A stretch of 62,852 nt of DNA, counting the filler, from Phoronis australis (lineage: Eukaryota > Animalia > Phoronida): assembly GCA_002633005.1 (NCBI GenBank). It is 6 parts of 6 records of this genome, joined end to end, with 100 filler letters (N's around TTAATTAATTAA, not from the genome) between each part and the next. Parts side by side here need not be neighbours in the genome. Positions count along the whole stretch, not along the records: positions 18,029 to 23,434 come from NMRA01002343.1; positions 23,535 to 47,560 come from NMRA01000128.1; 4 more parts are not named here. One strand, given 5' to 3'. Shown one piece after another: positions 18,029-29,400 of the stretch; within the stretch, counting starts at the first letter, position 1, and the number at the start of each line of letters is the position of its first letter. A model generated the notes under the pieces. The model searched no databases and was not told the origin of the DNA. It saw only the letters and a program-made list of their open reading frames with translations. A program made the position numbers and the translations under genes.

Positions 18029-18896
18029 CCAAATGAACTTTTCTAAGCGCCCTGGGCGGTTATTACGGCGAATACGGTATACTGTTATTAGTAAATGGCA
18101 CATCATTTCTGTATTCTTGCAACAATCTTATGGTAGAAAAAGTAGTACTTAGATCCAACTATCTTGTTTATACAAAAACACCGGATTCTCATTTATGATG
18201 CAAGGTCACTTCAGTAACATCACCATTTCCAAAAGACCTTTGGGGAGCTCTTCCCAAATCTCCAGTATTACAAAGTCTAAGTGAACATGCAGGGCATAGT
18301 GAATCAATAACCATTTAATCAACATTTGTTGGATACACATCAGTGTTCTCCACACTCAAAAACTCAAACAGGTCACATTTACAACCACAGTGGGCAGCAT
18401 GTGTATATCATAGAGAAAATACAAAAATGATACTTTTTTGTTCAAACTGAAAAAAAAAACAATTGTGTCATGTGCTATCTAAACAGGTCAGAGGCAAAAT
18501 GAAAAAGGTCACGGTGACCTGTTGAAATAGGTCATGGAGAGCATTGGATACACATGTATGGTAAAGCCGTCTAAAATACAGGTGACAGTGACGTGAAATA
18601 TCCTGAAACACAATTTTGTTCATGTTCCACAAAAGTTCAAGAGCGGCTTCAAGTGAAATACAATATCTGAAACCAATCGGTAAGAAAGACAGACGCACTG
18701 GTATAAATTACCAGCCCAATAACAAACCAATGGAGGTTAGATTTTAAGTTTGGGAGCATTTTGGTAATTGGGTAAAAATGTAACATGCAAGCCTTCAGGT
18801 TGCTGAAGTACTGCAGCGTGTGCCCCTCGCTGAACACATACCTCCCTACTCACATTAAGAGTTTGTTAATTCAATCAAGAGATTCAATGATCTTAC

Positions 18897-21516
18897 CTGA
18901 CAGCTCTGCCTGTCCATCCTCACATTTATTGCTTGATGAAATCTCTCCCGTTGATCCTATAACACATAAAGCCATGGTTTTAAAGACATATTCCCAAGGA
19001 TAGATTCTAAAGAAATCATAACTCTGAAAGTTGAATACCTGAACGAGGCACCTCTTCAGACCAATACGACAGAAAGATATGTAGCAGAACGACACAACTT
19101 TTCAGAAAAACATGACAGCTAGCTAGTAACATGAAGACCAAAAGTTATTCCCTAGATGTTAAGGTTATGCTAAACTATAGAAGATTCTGTGCATTTAGCC
19201 AACCAAAATGATAGAAATTTAAAACTAGGTTAAAGTCATTAATTTCACAAAGTTCCTGCAAAGGGTTCAAGCGAAACAGACACAGATCCACAAAAACTAG
19301 ATGGTGCCACAGTAGTTGAATTGTCTAAAAAGCAACGCCAGCCAAGGTCTTTGCATCAGAAACATCTGCTTCTTTCCAGAATCATCCTTTGAGCAGTTTG
19401 ACTGACCAGAGGGATGGACCACCAAAACTACTCAATTGTTTTTAAATGAACATCCATTAATAGAAACCTCAGGGCTCAATGTCAATTTGACAAATGCGAC
19501 CAGGCAAAATACCATGTTACCGAATGAGAAGTGAACTCACTAAACCTCTTTGGTAAGAGTCTAAAATAAAATAAACAACAAGGCACATGAAGTGAAAAGC
19601 TGGTTAACTCGGCAAATTCCGAGGGTTGCCGGTGCAACCGAGTCTGCCCGAAGAGCATTTTTTGCTCTGACAGAAAATTCGGAACATTGCATGTGATGGT
19701 GATGATCAATTTTACCCCTCAGGCCCAATATCCCTTGTGCAGGCATGCCTTCCAGGTTTATGGAACGATTCAGAGTTTCATTTGCTTGCTTCGTGTAATT
19801 TCTTGAGAGCGTGCACAGCCAGATGTGGCGTGGTGACTTTGTAGCAACCTAGCGTATATTGGTGAAGCGAGCCCTGAACCTACTTGCCAAATGTCGTGAA
19901 AATCATCTAGAGAGAGGCTAATGTAAAAAAAAAACAAAATTTCCACTAGGGGGACATAAAAAAACATGTCAAATCTTGTCAAGATCCTGCAAGAGACTCA
20001 GGATATACAACAGTAGATGCCGGATGCGTAGACAGAGATGACAGCAATATACACCCACATATCTTTAAATACTGGGGTCATTGAAAGCATCAGTATGCAT
20101 TTAATATTAATCATAAAGAGCATTTGCCTGTTTGCTCAGCCAGCGAGGTCAGCTGTGTTGACTGTTTGATGAGTGATACCCGGTAAAAGTAATTCCTCCA
20201 GAAGTGCTCTTCATTCACTCTGAAATTTAAAAGGAATTCGTACGTGTCCCATTTACTCGGCCATTGGAAACTTAGTGAGATTCGACAGAATGTTACCATA
20301 TTAAGTTGTTCAAGAAACAAATGGAATGCCTGATGCAAGTTGCTGTGTTAAACAAACCAGGAACAAGCAGAATCATATGACAACCTTATCCAGTGTAATG
20401 TAATCAGGGTACAAGGAATCTTATCTCAGACTGGATTTACGAGGAAAAATCAAATCAAAATTATAGAATTACTTGTTCTTAAAGCACACAATCAAAAAAT
20501 AATCGTGTATTTGTCTCGTGTAAGCTCAACTACTACAGAGTAAGATTAAAACAAATGAAGTTAAACTAACATCTGATAATGAATTCATTGATGAAAGAAG
20601 CATGATCAACCTGGTCGTTATATGAAAGGGCATGTACAACTCACTGTTTGGGAACCAGTTCAAATCTCATCTTCACTAATTCTGAATCTTCTTCAAGAGT
20701 AGCTTTGGCTACAGGCTGCACAGCTTCAAAGTCAAACTGAAATTGGACTCCTGATGGGGGGTTTCGCAAGAAGTTCCTTTTGTCCTAATGAACAGATAAT
20801 GAGGATTAAAATTTCTCTCACAGGACTGTCAAATAACTGTACAATTCATGGTACATAGAAAAATTGAATTTCAAACTAATTACATGAAACCAATTGCTAG
20901 AAGTGCAACAAAAATACTAAAACATTACAAGTAGCAATGAATACCTTCTGTATTATTATTACATCAAACAGACCTTAAGGGTAGAGAGTTCTGATAGTGT
21001 GAAAACTTAAAATGGAAGACATACGGTAGTAACCTGAGCCTACCAGAGACAGGCAGTATGTGTCTTAGTATAGAGGACACAGTGACCAGAACCTACCAAA
21101 GACAGAGGCAGTTATGGTGTCTTAGTATAGAGGGCACAATAACCAGTTCATACCAAAGGCAGACAGAGTCTAAGTGTGAAGGACACAGCAACCAGAACCT
21201 ACCAAAGACAGACAGTGTTTGATTCTTAATATGGAGGATACAGGCAGCAGTGTCTACCAAACACTGAACCAGGATCTCTGTCTTTGTATGGAGGACACAG
21301 TAACCAGTACCTACCAAAGACAGTCAGTATCTTTGTCTTAATGTGAAGGACAGGGTAACCAGTACCTACCAAAGACAGAGCCAGAATCTGTGTCTTCATG
21401 GCCTCCTCCTCATTATAGCCCACCCAGGGGGGAACGGCAGCCTCTGATCGTTTCTGTTTCTCTCTGTTGCCATGAACAAACTTCTCTTGCTCTTTGGAAA
21501 ATTCACCCAGCATTGT
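18897..21516 (-). CDS. SYAP1: Synapse-associated protein 1 (Sap47 homologue, BSD domain), internal exons
   Basis: Exons 21516-21370 ([13 protein letters not shown]...[26 protein letters not shown]), 20784-20645 ([19 protein letters not shown]...KMRFELVPK), 20219-20128 ([20 protein letters not shown], the BSD signature) and probably 18956-18897. Both ends of the gene were not found in the contig. Confidence 0.9.
21030..21400 (-). repeat. ~49-57-bp degenerate minisatellite reiterating the SYAP1 splice donor
   Basis: About 7 units, each like ...CTGTCTTTG|GTAGGT(A/T)CTGGTT... on the minus strand; the first is the true exon end at 21370. Confidence 0.85.
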
Positions 21517-21603
21517 CTAAAAATTCAAGACACGAATATTGGTCACATGACATGCACTTAAAGATGCTAATGGGCGTGCCCTCCAGCCAAAAGGTTTTAA
21601 TTT

Positions 21604-21774
21604 AATATTTGATTTAAAGCACTGAGCACTACACAACTGGTCTCAATATTTGATTTAAAGCAGTGAACACAACACAACTGGTCTCAATATTTGATTCAAA
21701 GCACTCAGCACTACACAACTGGTCTCAAGATTTCATTTAAAGTAGCGAGCACTACAGTACTGGTCTCAATATTT
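21604..21774. repeat. 41-bp minisatellite x4
   Basis: AATATTTGATTTAAAGCACTGAGCACTACACAACTGGTCTC repeated in tandem. Confidence 0.88.
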
Positions 21775-21780
21775 AATTTT

Positions 21781-23434
21781 TCACTCAGATGAAAAGAGAC
21801 CCCCCCACAGTGCAAGAGAAGTGATACAAGTTCAATGTGCAATCTTCAAAAACTTTTGAATAATGCTAAGTAATTTATGAGTAAGGCTTAATCTAGGTTG
21901 TTGAAAGTTTGGATTTAATGCTACGACTGTTAAAAAAATCGAGTCGTGAAAATAGCAAGCTAACGCTTTGTTTTGATTGGCGGTTAAGATAGAGCTCAGA
22001 GATGTCACTTTTGGATTAACACACTGCTTTATACATACCTTAAAGTAGGACACTCCAGTGCTAAATATAATTCTACATCTTAAATTAAACAAGAGCAATG
22101 TAGAGCATTGATAAGCACCCAAAGTTTGCACTGCAAAGGGCAGAGACCTTTGGGGTTCCCAGTTTTTCATTTATTACCATCATGGTAGTTTGGGATAATG
22201 CAGAATCGATCTTTGACACGTTTCATTGGCTAACGTTTCCGGGTACTTTTGCAAATTTCCGGATTCACCGAAGAGTTTCGGGACACGGCATAACACGTGA
22301 TAAAACGTCACAAAACAGCGGTGTTTTTACTAATTCTTAAGCGATCAACTTACTAAAGTTTGTGGTGGAAAAACATGTTTATTTTTCGCTTAAGATGTCC
22401 TTATTACATATACCAAATATCCACAACAATATCCCTTATATCGCACTGCAGCATTGGTTGGTCCCGTTGTTAGCGCGCAAGTTGTCCCGGNTCACTCAGA
22501 TGAAAAGAGACCCCCCCCCACAGTGCAAGAGAAGTGATACAAGTTCAATGTACAATCTTCAAAAACTTTTGACTAATGCTAAATAATTTATGAGTAAGGA
22601 TTAATCTAGGTTGTTGAAAGTTTGGATTTAATTCTACGACTGTTAAAAAAATCGAGTTGTGAAAATAGCAAGCTCACGCTTTGTTTTGATTGGCGGTTAA
22701 GATAGAGCTCGGAGATGTCACTTTTGGATTAACACACTGCTTTATACATACCTTAAAGTAGGACACTGCAGTGCTAAATATAATTCTACATCTTAAATTA
22801 AACAAGAGCAATGTAGAGCATTGATAAGCACACAAAGTTTGCACTGCAAAGGGCAGAAACCTTTGGGGTTCCCAGTTTTTCATTTATTACCATCATGGTA
22901 GTTTGATCCATTCAGTTGTATCCTTCTCGATAGAAAGACACAGGTCAACAGCAGGGCTCAACATAACAAGCACATTTGCGACCTGAAATTTGGAAATGCA
23001 AGCTGAGATTTTTGTCAGCTCGTATCAAGTCGCAAAATGCTTCCTGGAATATCCGACGTATGGGAGATGAGTTTTTACACTTCTCAGCAAATACCTGGCA
23101 AATAATAAGCAACTCTTGGGAATCCAACTGTATTGGTTGTTGCTAAATCAAGTTCAAAAGAACACTAACCGAGAACAGCTCTCCTGATAACTTGTAAGCA
23201 TGTCACGTGAACATGGGATAATGCAGAATCGATCTTTGACACGTTTCATTGGCTAACGTTTCCGGGTACTTTTGCAAATTTCCGGATTCACCGAAGAGTT
23301 TCGGGACACGGCATAACACATGATAAAACATCACAAAACAGCGGTGTTTTAACTAATCCTTAAGCGATCAACTTACTAAAGTTTGTGGTGGAAAAACATG
23401 TTTATTTTTCGCTTAAGATGTCCTTATTACATAT
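21781..23434. repeat. Near-identical direct duplication across a single-N join
   Basis: 21781-~22411 is repeated from 22492 to 23434 with scattered substitutions and an extra ~310 bp (about 22905-23213) in the second copy; the join is the N at 22491. Confidence 0.85.
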
Positions 23435-23534
23435 NNNNNNNNNNNNNNNNNNNNNNNNNNNNNNNNNNNNNNNNNNNNTTAATTAATTAANNNNNNNNNN
23501 NNNNNNNNNNNNNNNNNNNNNNNNNNNNNNNNNN
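23435..23534. other. Scaffolding spacer
   Basis: N44-TTAATTAATTAA-N44. Confidence 0.97.
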
Positions 23535-24009
23535 AGTTCTAATGTCTTTGTATCATACTTTAATAATAAATAAATGACATGTTCATCCTACATAAAATCT
23601 CCCCGTAACAGAGGGGCACCTTAAGAGACTGCTGGGGTATTTAATTCCTTCCAACTCGAACAAATACTACCGTAATTAAACTTTTTTCGAACAGTCGTTG
23701 CTGAATTTCCCTAATCTTGAACTTGCCATTTTATACAATGCGTGCTCCAGGAGATATGACGTCATATATGGGAGCATCACCGCCGCCACGGTGGCACTGT
23801 CTAGGTGGACGAGAGCTGCTCAGTTTCACTGACAATCAAATTTGGCACTGTTTTAACACTTTAACTTTAAAAATAAAATCAGGAGATAGCAACTCGGCAG
23901 AAAACAAAATAAAGTACACTCACCGGTTGGAGTATTTAAAAGAAAATGATGAAAACAGATAGGAAACATATTTAAAACCAACGATCGTTTGGAAAATGTC
24001 CTTTGTTAA

Positions 24010-24320
24010 AGGCGAAGGCAACCTTTTTCATGTCATTCTTAGCAAATTAAGGTTCCTTGATTATCCCACACATATTTTTCACTTAATTGCAACTTTTCGT
24101 AAGTTAGTTATTTATTCGTCCTCTACTCCGTAAGTGATGTTTTGGAGGCAAGAATGTCGCGCCAATTTGGTTCTGTGTTGATTTTATTGTGAGGTTCTGT
24201 ACTAGTTTTGTTTTCGTGCTGTTTTCTAAAATTGTCCTCACCACTTCCCATCGACGAGTATTCTACGGCAAGCTAGGTTGTTAGAGAACTCAATTACGTT
24301 GGATTTAGGGATTGTTTTGT
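24010..24320 (+). mobile_element. Kolobok-like DNA transposon terminal fragment
   Basis: Begins TTAA|AGGCGAAGGCAACCTTTTT and is collinear for ~300 bp with 47879-48190, which also begins immediately after TTAA. Confidence 0.6.
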
Positions 24321-24745
24321 TTAGTTTGTAGGAACGTGAAAAACTAGTTCCTAATTTTATCAATTTTCCTTCATGTCGTGAACACATCCACTACCACGAG
24401 AAACTGTAGGAACACCGCATTTATCCACCTCCACTCTTATCAGGCTTCTATTGTGAGTCAGCATGCGTGAATAATTGGCTTATAAGCCACCTACGGAACT
24501 ACTTTTGGCTGAATGGATGACCAGGCCATAAAATGATAATTAGCCAAGACCAGTTAACTAATGCAACAAAGAATAATGTCGTAGCATCACCTAGCCTTGG
24601 TGGAAAGCTGTATGCTGTATTGGCTCTAATAAACGCTTAGAAATATTCATTTCACGGAGAGGGGACGCTTATTGTAGCCTAAGGCAGTTGAAAAATCTCT
24701 GGATGAACACACATGTTGTTGTCACGTGACGTTTGTTTTGAAGTT

Positions 24746-24776
24746 TGTTTTAAAATATATCAATAATAATATAACA
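24746..24776 (-). repeat. 3' LTR (31 bp)
   Basis: Minus strand TGTTATATTATTATTGATATATTTTAAAACA, immediately preceded by the purine tract AAAGAGGGAGA and followed by the TSD. Confidence 0.9.
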
Positions 24777-25026
24777 TCTCCCTCTTTCAGACGACACACA
24801 AAGTCGCATGACAACTATTTTCAGTCTTTGAGAGTTCAAATAAAATGTTCGTATCAACACAAAGTCTCTTGGAACACAAGTCTTTTAGAACACACTACTC
24901 ACTGAGTAATTTCCTTAAGGCACACAAAAACACAAATTCTTTAGGAGGAGAGGTTATGACTAGCACTTCACTCCGTTGTCGCCATGGATTATTATATAGA
25001 ATCCAGGCACTATAAACAAAAACACA

Positions 25027-27720
25027 CTAAATTGATTCGATCAGTCGATCAGGTCTTTTAACACATCGGCCTGAGCGACGAGGAGATCCCGGAGAGTCTG
25101 AAGTCATAGGTACTACACACTGTTTAGGAACAACACAAGTAGGTGGCGCATGAGAGGTGTCCTTCGATGACATGGTTGTTGCTGTAGAATCAGTTGTTAT
25201 CGGTGGCATCTCCCTAAGATGACGGCGGTTCCTTCTACAAACTCCAGACTTAGTCTCAACGACAGATATGATATTGGCTCAACATGGACAGCTCTCTCTG
25301 CTTCACCGTTGGAATTAGGAAGATAAAGACTGGAGGTGACATGACGAAAATTGTGCTTAGATGCAAACTCTCTGACCTCTGCAGACGTAAATTGTGGACT
25401 ATTGTCAGATACGACCTCGGTTGGGACACCGAATCGAGCAAATACGTCCTTCATGCGGCAGATGACGGCTGTAGCGTTTGTTGAACTGAGGGCGAGAATC
25501 TCTATCCAACGTGAGTAGTAGTCACACATCACTAGGTAGTTCTTGCTTTTGAAGAAGAACAAATCAACCCCGAGTCGCTGCCATGGACCCTGTGGCAATG
25601 GAGTTGTCATAAGAGGTTCACGCTTTTGGGTTGGCTTCTTCTCGGTACAGTGACTACACAGTTTAACAGTCCTCTTTATACCATTGGTGATACCAGGCCA
25701 CCACACACCTAGCCGTGCTCTCTCGAGGCACTTTGTCACTCCCTGATGGCCGTCATGGATTCTGTCAAGTATTTCTGGTCTCATACCATGGGGAACGACA
25801 ATCCTTGAATTGAAGACTAGCAGACCATCAGTGACAGACAGAGATGCACGATGTGCATATAGACTCTTCAAGCTTTCAGGAACATCTCTTTCATACCTCG
25901 GCCAACCAGTTTGGGTGTATACGATGACTGACCTCAGTACTGGTTCATCAGACGTTGCTTTACGGATGTTCATCTTCTTGTCGTGTGTAACTGGCAGGCT
26001 TGACTCGATTGACTGTACATGTAGTTGAACATCTTGGTTCGTTGAAGAATCTTTTAGGGCGAGAGGGCTTCTTGATAACGCATCAGACACATGAATATCC
26101 TTTCCTGGGACATGTGTCGCTGTGACATCATATCTCATCAGTCTCATTAGAAGCCTCTGGCAGCGTAGTGGTACTTCATCCAGGCTCTTGGAGTTGATAA
26201 GAGGGACAAGAGGCTTGTGGTCGGTATATATTGTGATATTGCTGTGCCCACAGATATAGCGGTCAAACTTTTCGCATGCCCACACACTCGCCAAACATTC
26301 TTTCTCAATCTGGGCATACTTCTGTTCACTCTGTGTGAGGGTGCGGGAACAAAAGGCTATTGGCTTAAGAATGCTGTCCTGCTACTGTAAAAACACACCA
26401 CCCAGACCATAAGAACTGGAATCAGCGCTTACAATAATTGGCTTTGTCACATCACAGTAAGACAAGACGGGAGTTGATGCAATAAGTTGTTTCGTCCTTT
26501 TAAATGCTTCTTCTTGGGGCGCATCCCAAGTCCATTGGCGGTCTGACTTCAGAAGATCATTTAGTGGACCGGTGACAGAGTTCAGGTCAGGTAGATATGA
26601 ACCAAGGTAGTGTACCATTCCCATGAAGTGACGAACTTGAGTGACTGACTTGGGCGGCTGCATTTGTAGGATGGCTGTAACCTTGCCTGTGTCGGCCCGT
26701 ATTCCATTCTTACTGAATAGGTGATCTAGGAGCTTCAGCTCTTCTTCCCTGTACAAGCACTCATCTTGATTAAGCTTCAAGCCAGCTCGGTGAAGGGTTT
26801 CAAGGACCTTTGACAGCCTAGCGTCGTGTTCGGCAGCATTCGCACCATACATCAAGATGTCGTCCATATACACAAACACGCCGTCCAGGCCCTCTAGCAC
26901 TTCTAGCATTTTCCTCATGAAGATTTCAGAGGCAGAGGTGATGCCGAATGAAAGACGACGGAAACAATAACGCCCAAATGGGTATATAAAAGTAGTAAAG
27001 TCCTGGCTCTCTTCTGCTAGAGGGTTCTTGTAGAAACCACTCGCTGCGTCAAGACATGAGAAAATTGTTGCTCCCAGGAGTTTCGAAGTCACATCCTCTA
27101 GGGTTGGCAGGACGAATCTTTCTCGTTGGATGTTCACATTCAACTTCTTTAGATCGACACAGAGTCTGACTTTGCCCGTTTTTTTCAAGACAGGTACCAT
27201 AGGGGCACACCACGGCGTAGGACGAGTTACAACCTTGATGATTCCAAGTTTGGTAAGACGGTCAATCTCCTCTTTCACTTTCTTCTCAGGTGGAAACGGA
27301 ATACGTCGAGCTACGTTTAGGGCATATGGCTGGGCATTCTCCTTCAGGGATATCTTGACTGGGTCAGTATTGAGAAGTCCTATATAGTCAGTAACGGAGT
27401 TAACTCGAACAATAAGGTTCATCTGACTGGCTACTCCTTGGCCAAAAAGACTTTGAACTTTTCCATCAACCACCATCATACGAAAATGATAATTCTGTCC
27501 CTTGAACACAGTTTTTGCGACGAACTATCCTCGACAGCTAAGAGGACCGCCAGAGCTTGACAGCTTAGCCTTGATATCTTTCAGAGGAGGTCTTGGCTTG
27601 ATCTTGAGATACTGGGAGTACGACATGATGGACACATCAGCGCCGGTGTCTATCTTGAATGTTTCTGAAGAGTTGCCCAAGGTGAAAATCATCTTCCAAG
27701 CGGGGTCGCTATCATCACAG
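25027..27720 (-). pseudogene. pol: Gypsy pol (protease, RT, RNase H, integrase), disrupted
   Basis: Protease FKIDTGADVS; RT CVDLKKLN, LDAASGF, YMDDIL; RNase H DSSSYGLG, WACEKF, TDHKPL; integrase HDGHQG..CSHC, GVDLF, SDNSPQF, NGEAERAV; tail RRSGRCVKRPDRL. Lesions: frameshift near 27520, in-frame TAG at 26382-84, apparent deletion after AERAV. Confidence 0.93.
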
Positions 27721-28726
27721 TGTACAGCGCCTAGGAAGTAGTCAACATTTACTGCACCACAGAACTGATCAGCCAGTTGGTCGTCCTCCTCTTCGTAAAC
27801 TTCATTGACTGTTCTTACGGCATACGGAAGCGAAGTGACCCTGTTTCGAACAGAACCGACATATTTTCCCTTTGGCAGGGCAGGCTTCAGGCCCAGGGGA
27901 TCTATGGACATAACCACAATTAGGGCATTTCTTCTTCCCGACTGGTCTCCACTAGATTGCTTGGAGTTGGATTGGCTCTGACGCTGGTATGATGATTTCT
28001 TGGGGGATTTCTTTTTCTGACTTTTGCCCCATTTTTTCACGAAGCTGGCAGATGCACCTTCACTCTGGTTAGACTGGACAAGTTCTTTGTATCGAGCAGT
28101 GTCTATGGCCTTTGGAAGTGTCAGGTTTTCCTGTTCCATTTGAAGATCACGCGACAACTCTTTGTCGGTCATCCCTGAGATAAGACGGTCTCGAATATGC
28201 TCATCTTCTTTTTCGCCGAAATTACAATGAGCTGCTAGTTCATGTAGACTTCTAACAAAACTTTCAACGGACTCACCCTGCTGTTGGCTACGTTGATAAA
28301 ATTTTGTTCTCTCATGGATAGTGTTTTTGCATGGAACAAAATAGTCTTCGAATTTCTGCAGAACCGTATTGCAATCGTCTTTTGGATCTGGTGGATTTGG
28401 CACTTCCTGTGTTGGAACAGGTGTTTCAAATTTAAATGACTTGAAGATGTGTTCGGCTTGACGACTCATCGTATACACAAGTGCAGAGACTTGTACATCA
28501 CCTTTTTCATCCCTGATTTTCTCTAGAATGTAGTAACGCATAAACCTGGCGTGCGTTCAGTAGACGCTAGGACCTACGCTAGGACCTAACTAAACCTAGT
28601 CAAAGTCACGTGTTCTCATTTAGTTAGGGAGGTCCTAGCGTTAGTTAACGGGAGGCTGGCTTTCCAGTCTGGCCATGACGATGGTTTCGAGAAATCAAAT
28701 GCTTCCGGTGCTTGATATTTAGGCAT
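27721..28726 (-). pseudogene. gag: Gypsy gag, disrupted
   Basis: ATG at 28726, MPKYQAPEAFDFSKPSSWPDWKA[insert]RFMRYY...FYQRSQQQGESVESFVRSLHELAAHCNF...IRDRLISG. The zinc knuckle (CRFCSKQGHFASVC) lies in a shifted frame near 27815-27930. Confidence 0.85.
28551..28655. mobile_element. 105-bp insertion in gag flanked by a CTGGC duplication
   Basis: CTGGC at 28546-50 and 28656-60; removing the insert plus one copy restores W-K-A-R-F-M-R-Y. Internally CGCTAGGACCT x2 and its inverse AGGTCCTAGCG. Confidence 0.7.
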
Positions 28727-29139
28727 TGTGGACCATATGGTAGTCCAACACACAGACACAATGACTGACAGTACACAGTAGTAGTTAGATATTGACAGTT
28801 CACGAACGAGCTAGTCTATAGATTTGACGATCAGTGACACGGACAGTAATGACACAAATTCGACTTGACTGATGTGATGACTTGACTTTAAGACTTGACA
28901 AGGAAACAGGAGTCGATCCTACCTTTCCAGTTATCACTTTTGTGCCGACTGACATGCAGGGAATGCTCAATTGACGATATGACAGCTGTGTATGTAGACA
29001 ATGTGGTCACAAACAAGCGATGATTTCATCCAAAAAAATCTACCTTTTCATTCGACCATCCACCTTCAAACTATAGTCTTAACTGTTCTCTGAGGCTTTA
29101 TCTTTTGTTTTCGGTGATTTTCATTTAGTATTTCGAAGC

Positions 29140-29157
29140 ATCCCACTCCCGACACCA
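29140..29157 (-). other. Primer-binding site, probably tRNA-Leu
   Basis: TGGTGTCGGGAGTGGGAT directly abuts the 5' LTR; it resembles the complement of a tRNA-Leu 3' end (...ATCCCACTYCTGACACCA, recalled, not searched). Confidence 0.8.
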
Positions 29158-29188
29158 TGTTTTAAAATATATCAATAATAATATAACA
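29158..29188 (-). repeat. 5' LTR (31 bp)
   Basis: Identical to 24746-24776; bounded by the TSD outside and the PBS inside. Confidence 0.9.
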
Positions 29189-29400
29189 AAGTTCGTCTGC
29201 GTATGAGAGTGAGTGCGTGTGCGGGTCATCGACGACTGGCTTTTTTGTTACAAAAGGCGGAGGATTATGCAAGAAAATGGCGTTTACTAGATTGTTTTTC
29301 ATTTAAACGGATGCAACGTGCAAGGTGAGTGCCGGTTAACTCACAGATTTTGTGTGCACAGGCCGACGGTCGTTAGCTCTACTGTGGAGTAAAACATTAA

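Larger units (their letters stand above)
24746..29188 (-). mobile_element. Ty3/Gypsy LTR retrotransposon, decayed gag-pol, with 31-bp LTRs
   Basis: TSD AAGTT at 24741-45 and 29189-93; identical TG..CA direct repeats at 24746-24776 and 29158-29188; PBS 29157-29140; PPT 24787-24777; domain order gag-PR-RT-RH-IN. Confidence 0.95.

Noticed and set aside
21832-22883. Two paralogous ORFs starting MKNWEPQR
   Set aside because: By-product of the duplicated intronic block; no recognisable domain, and the copies differ by a stop.
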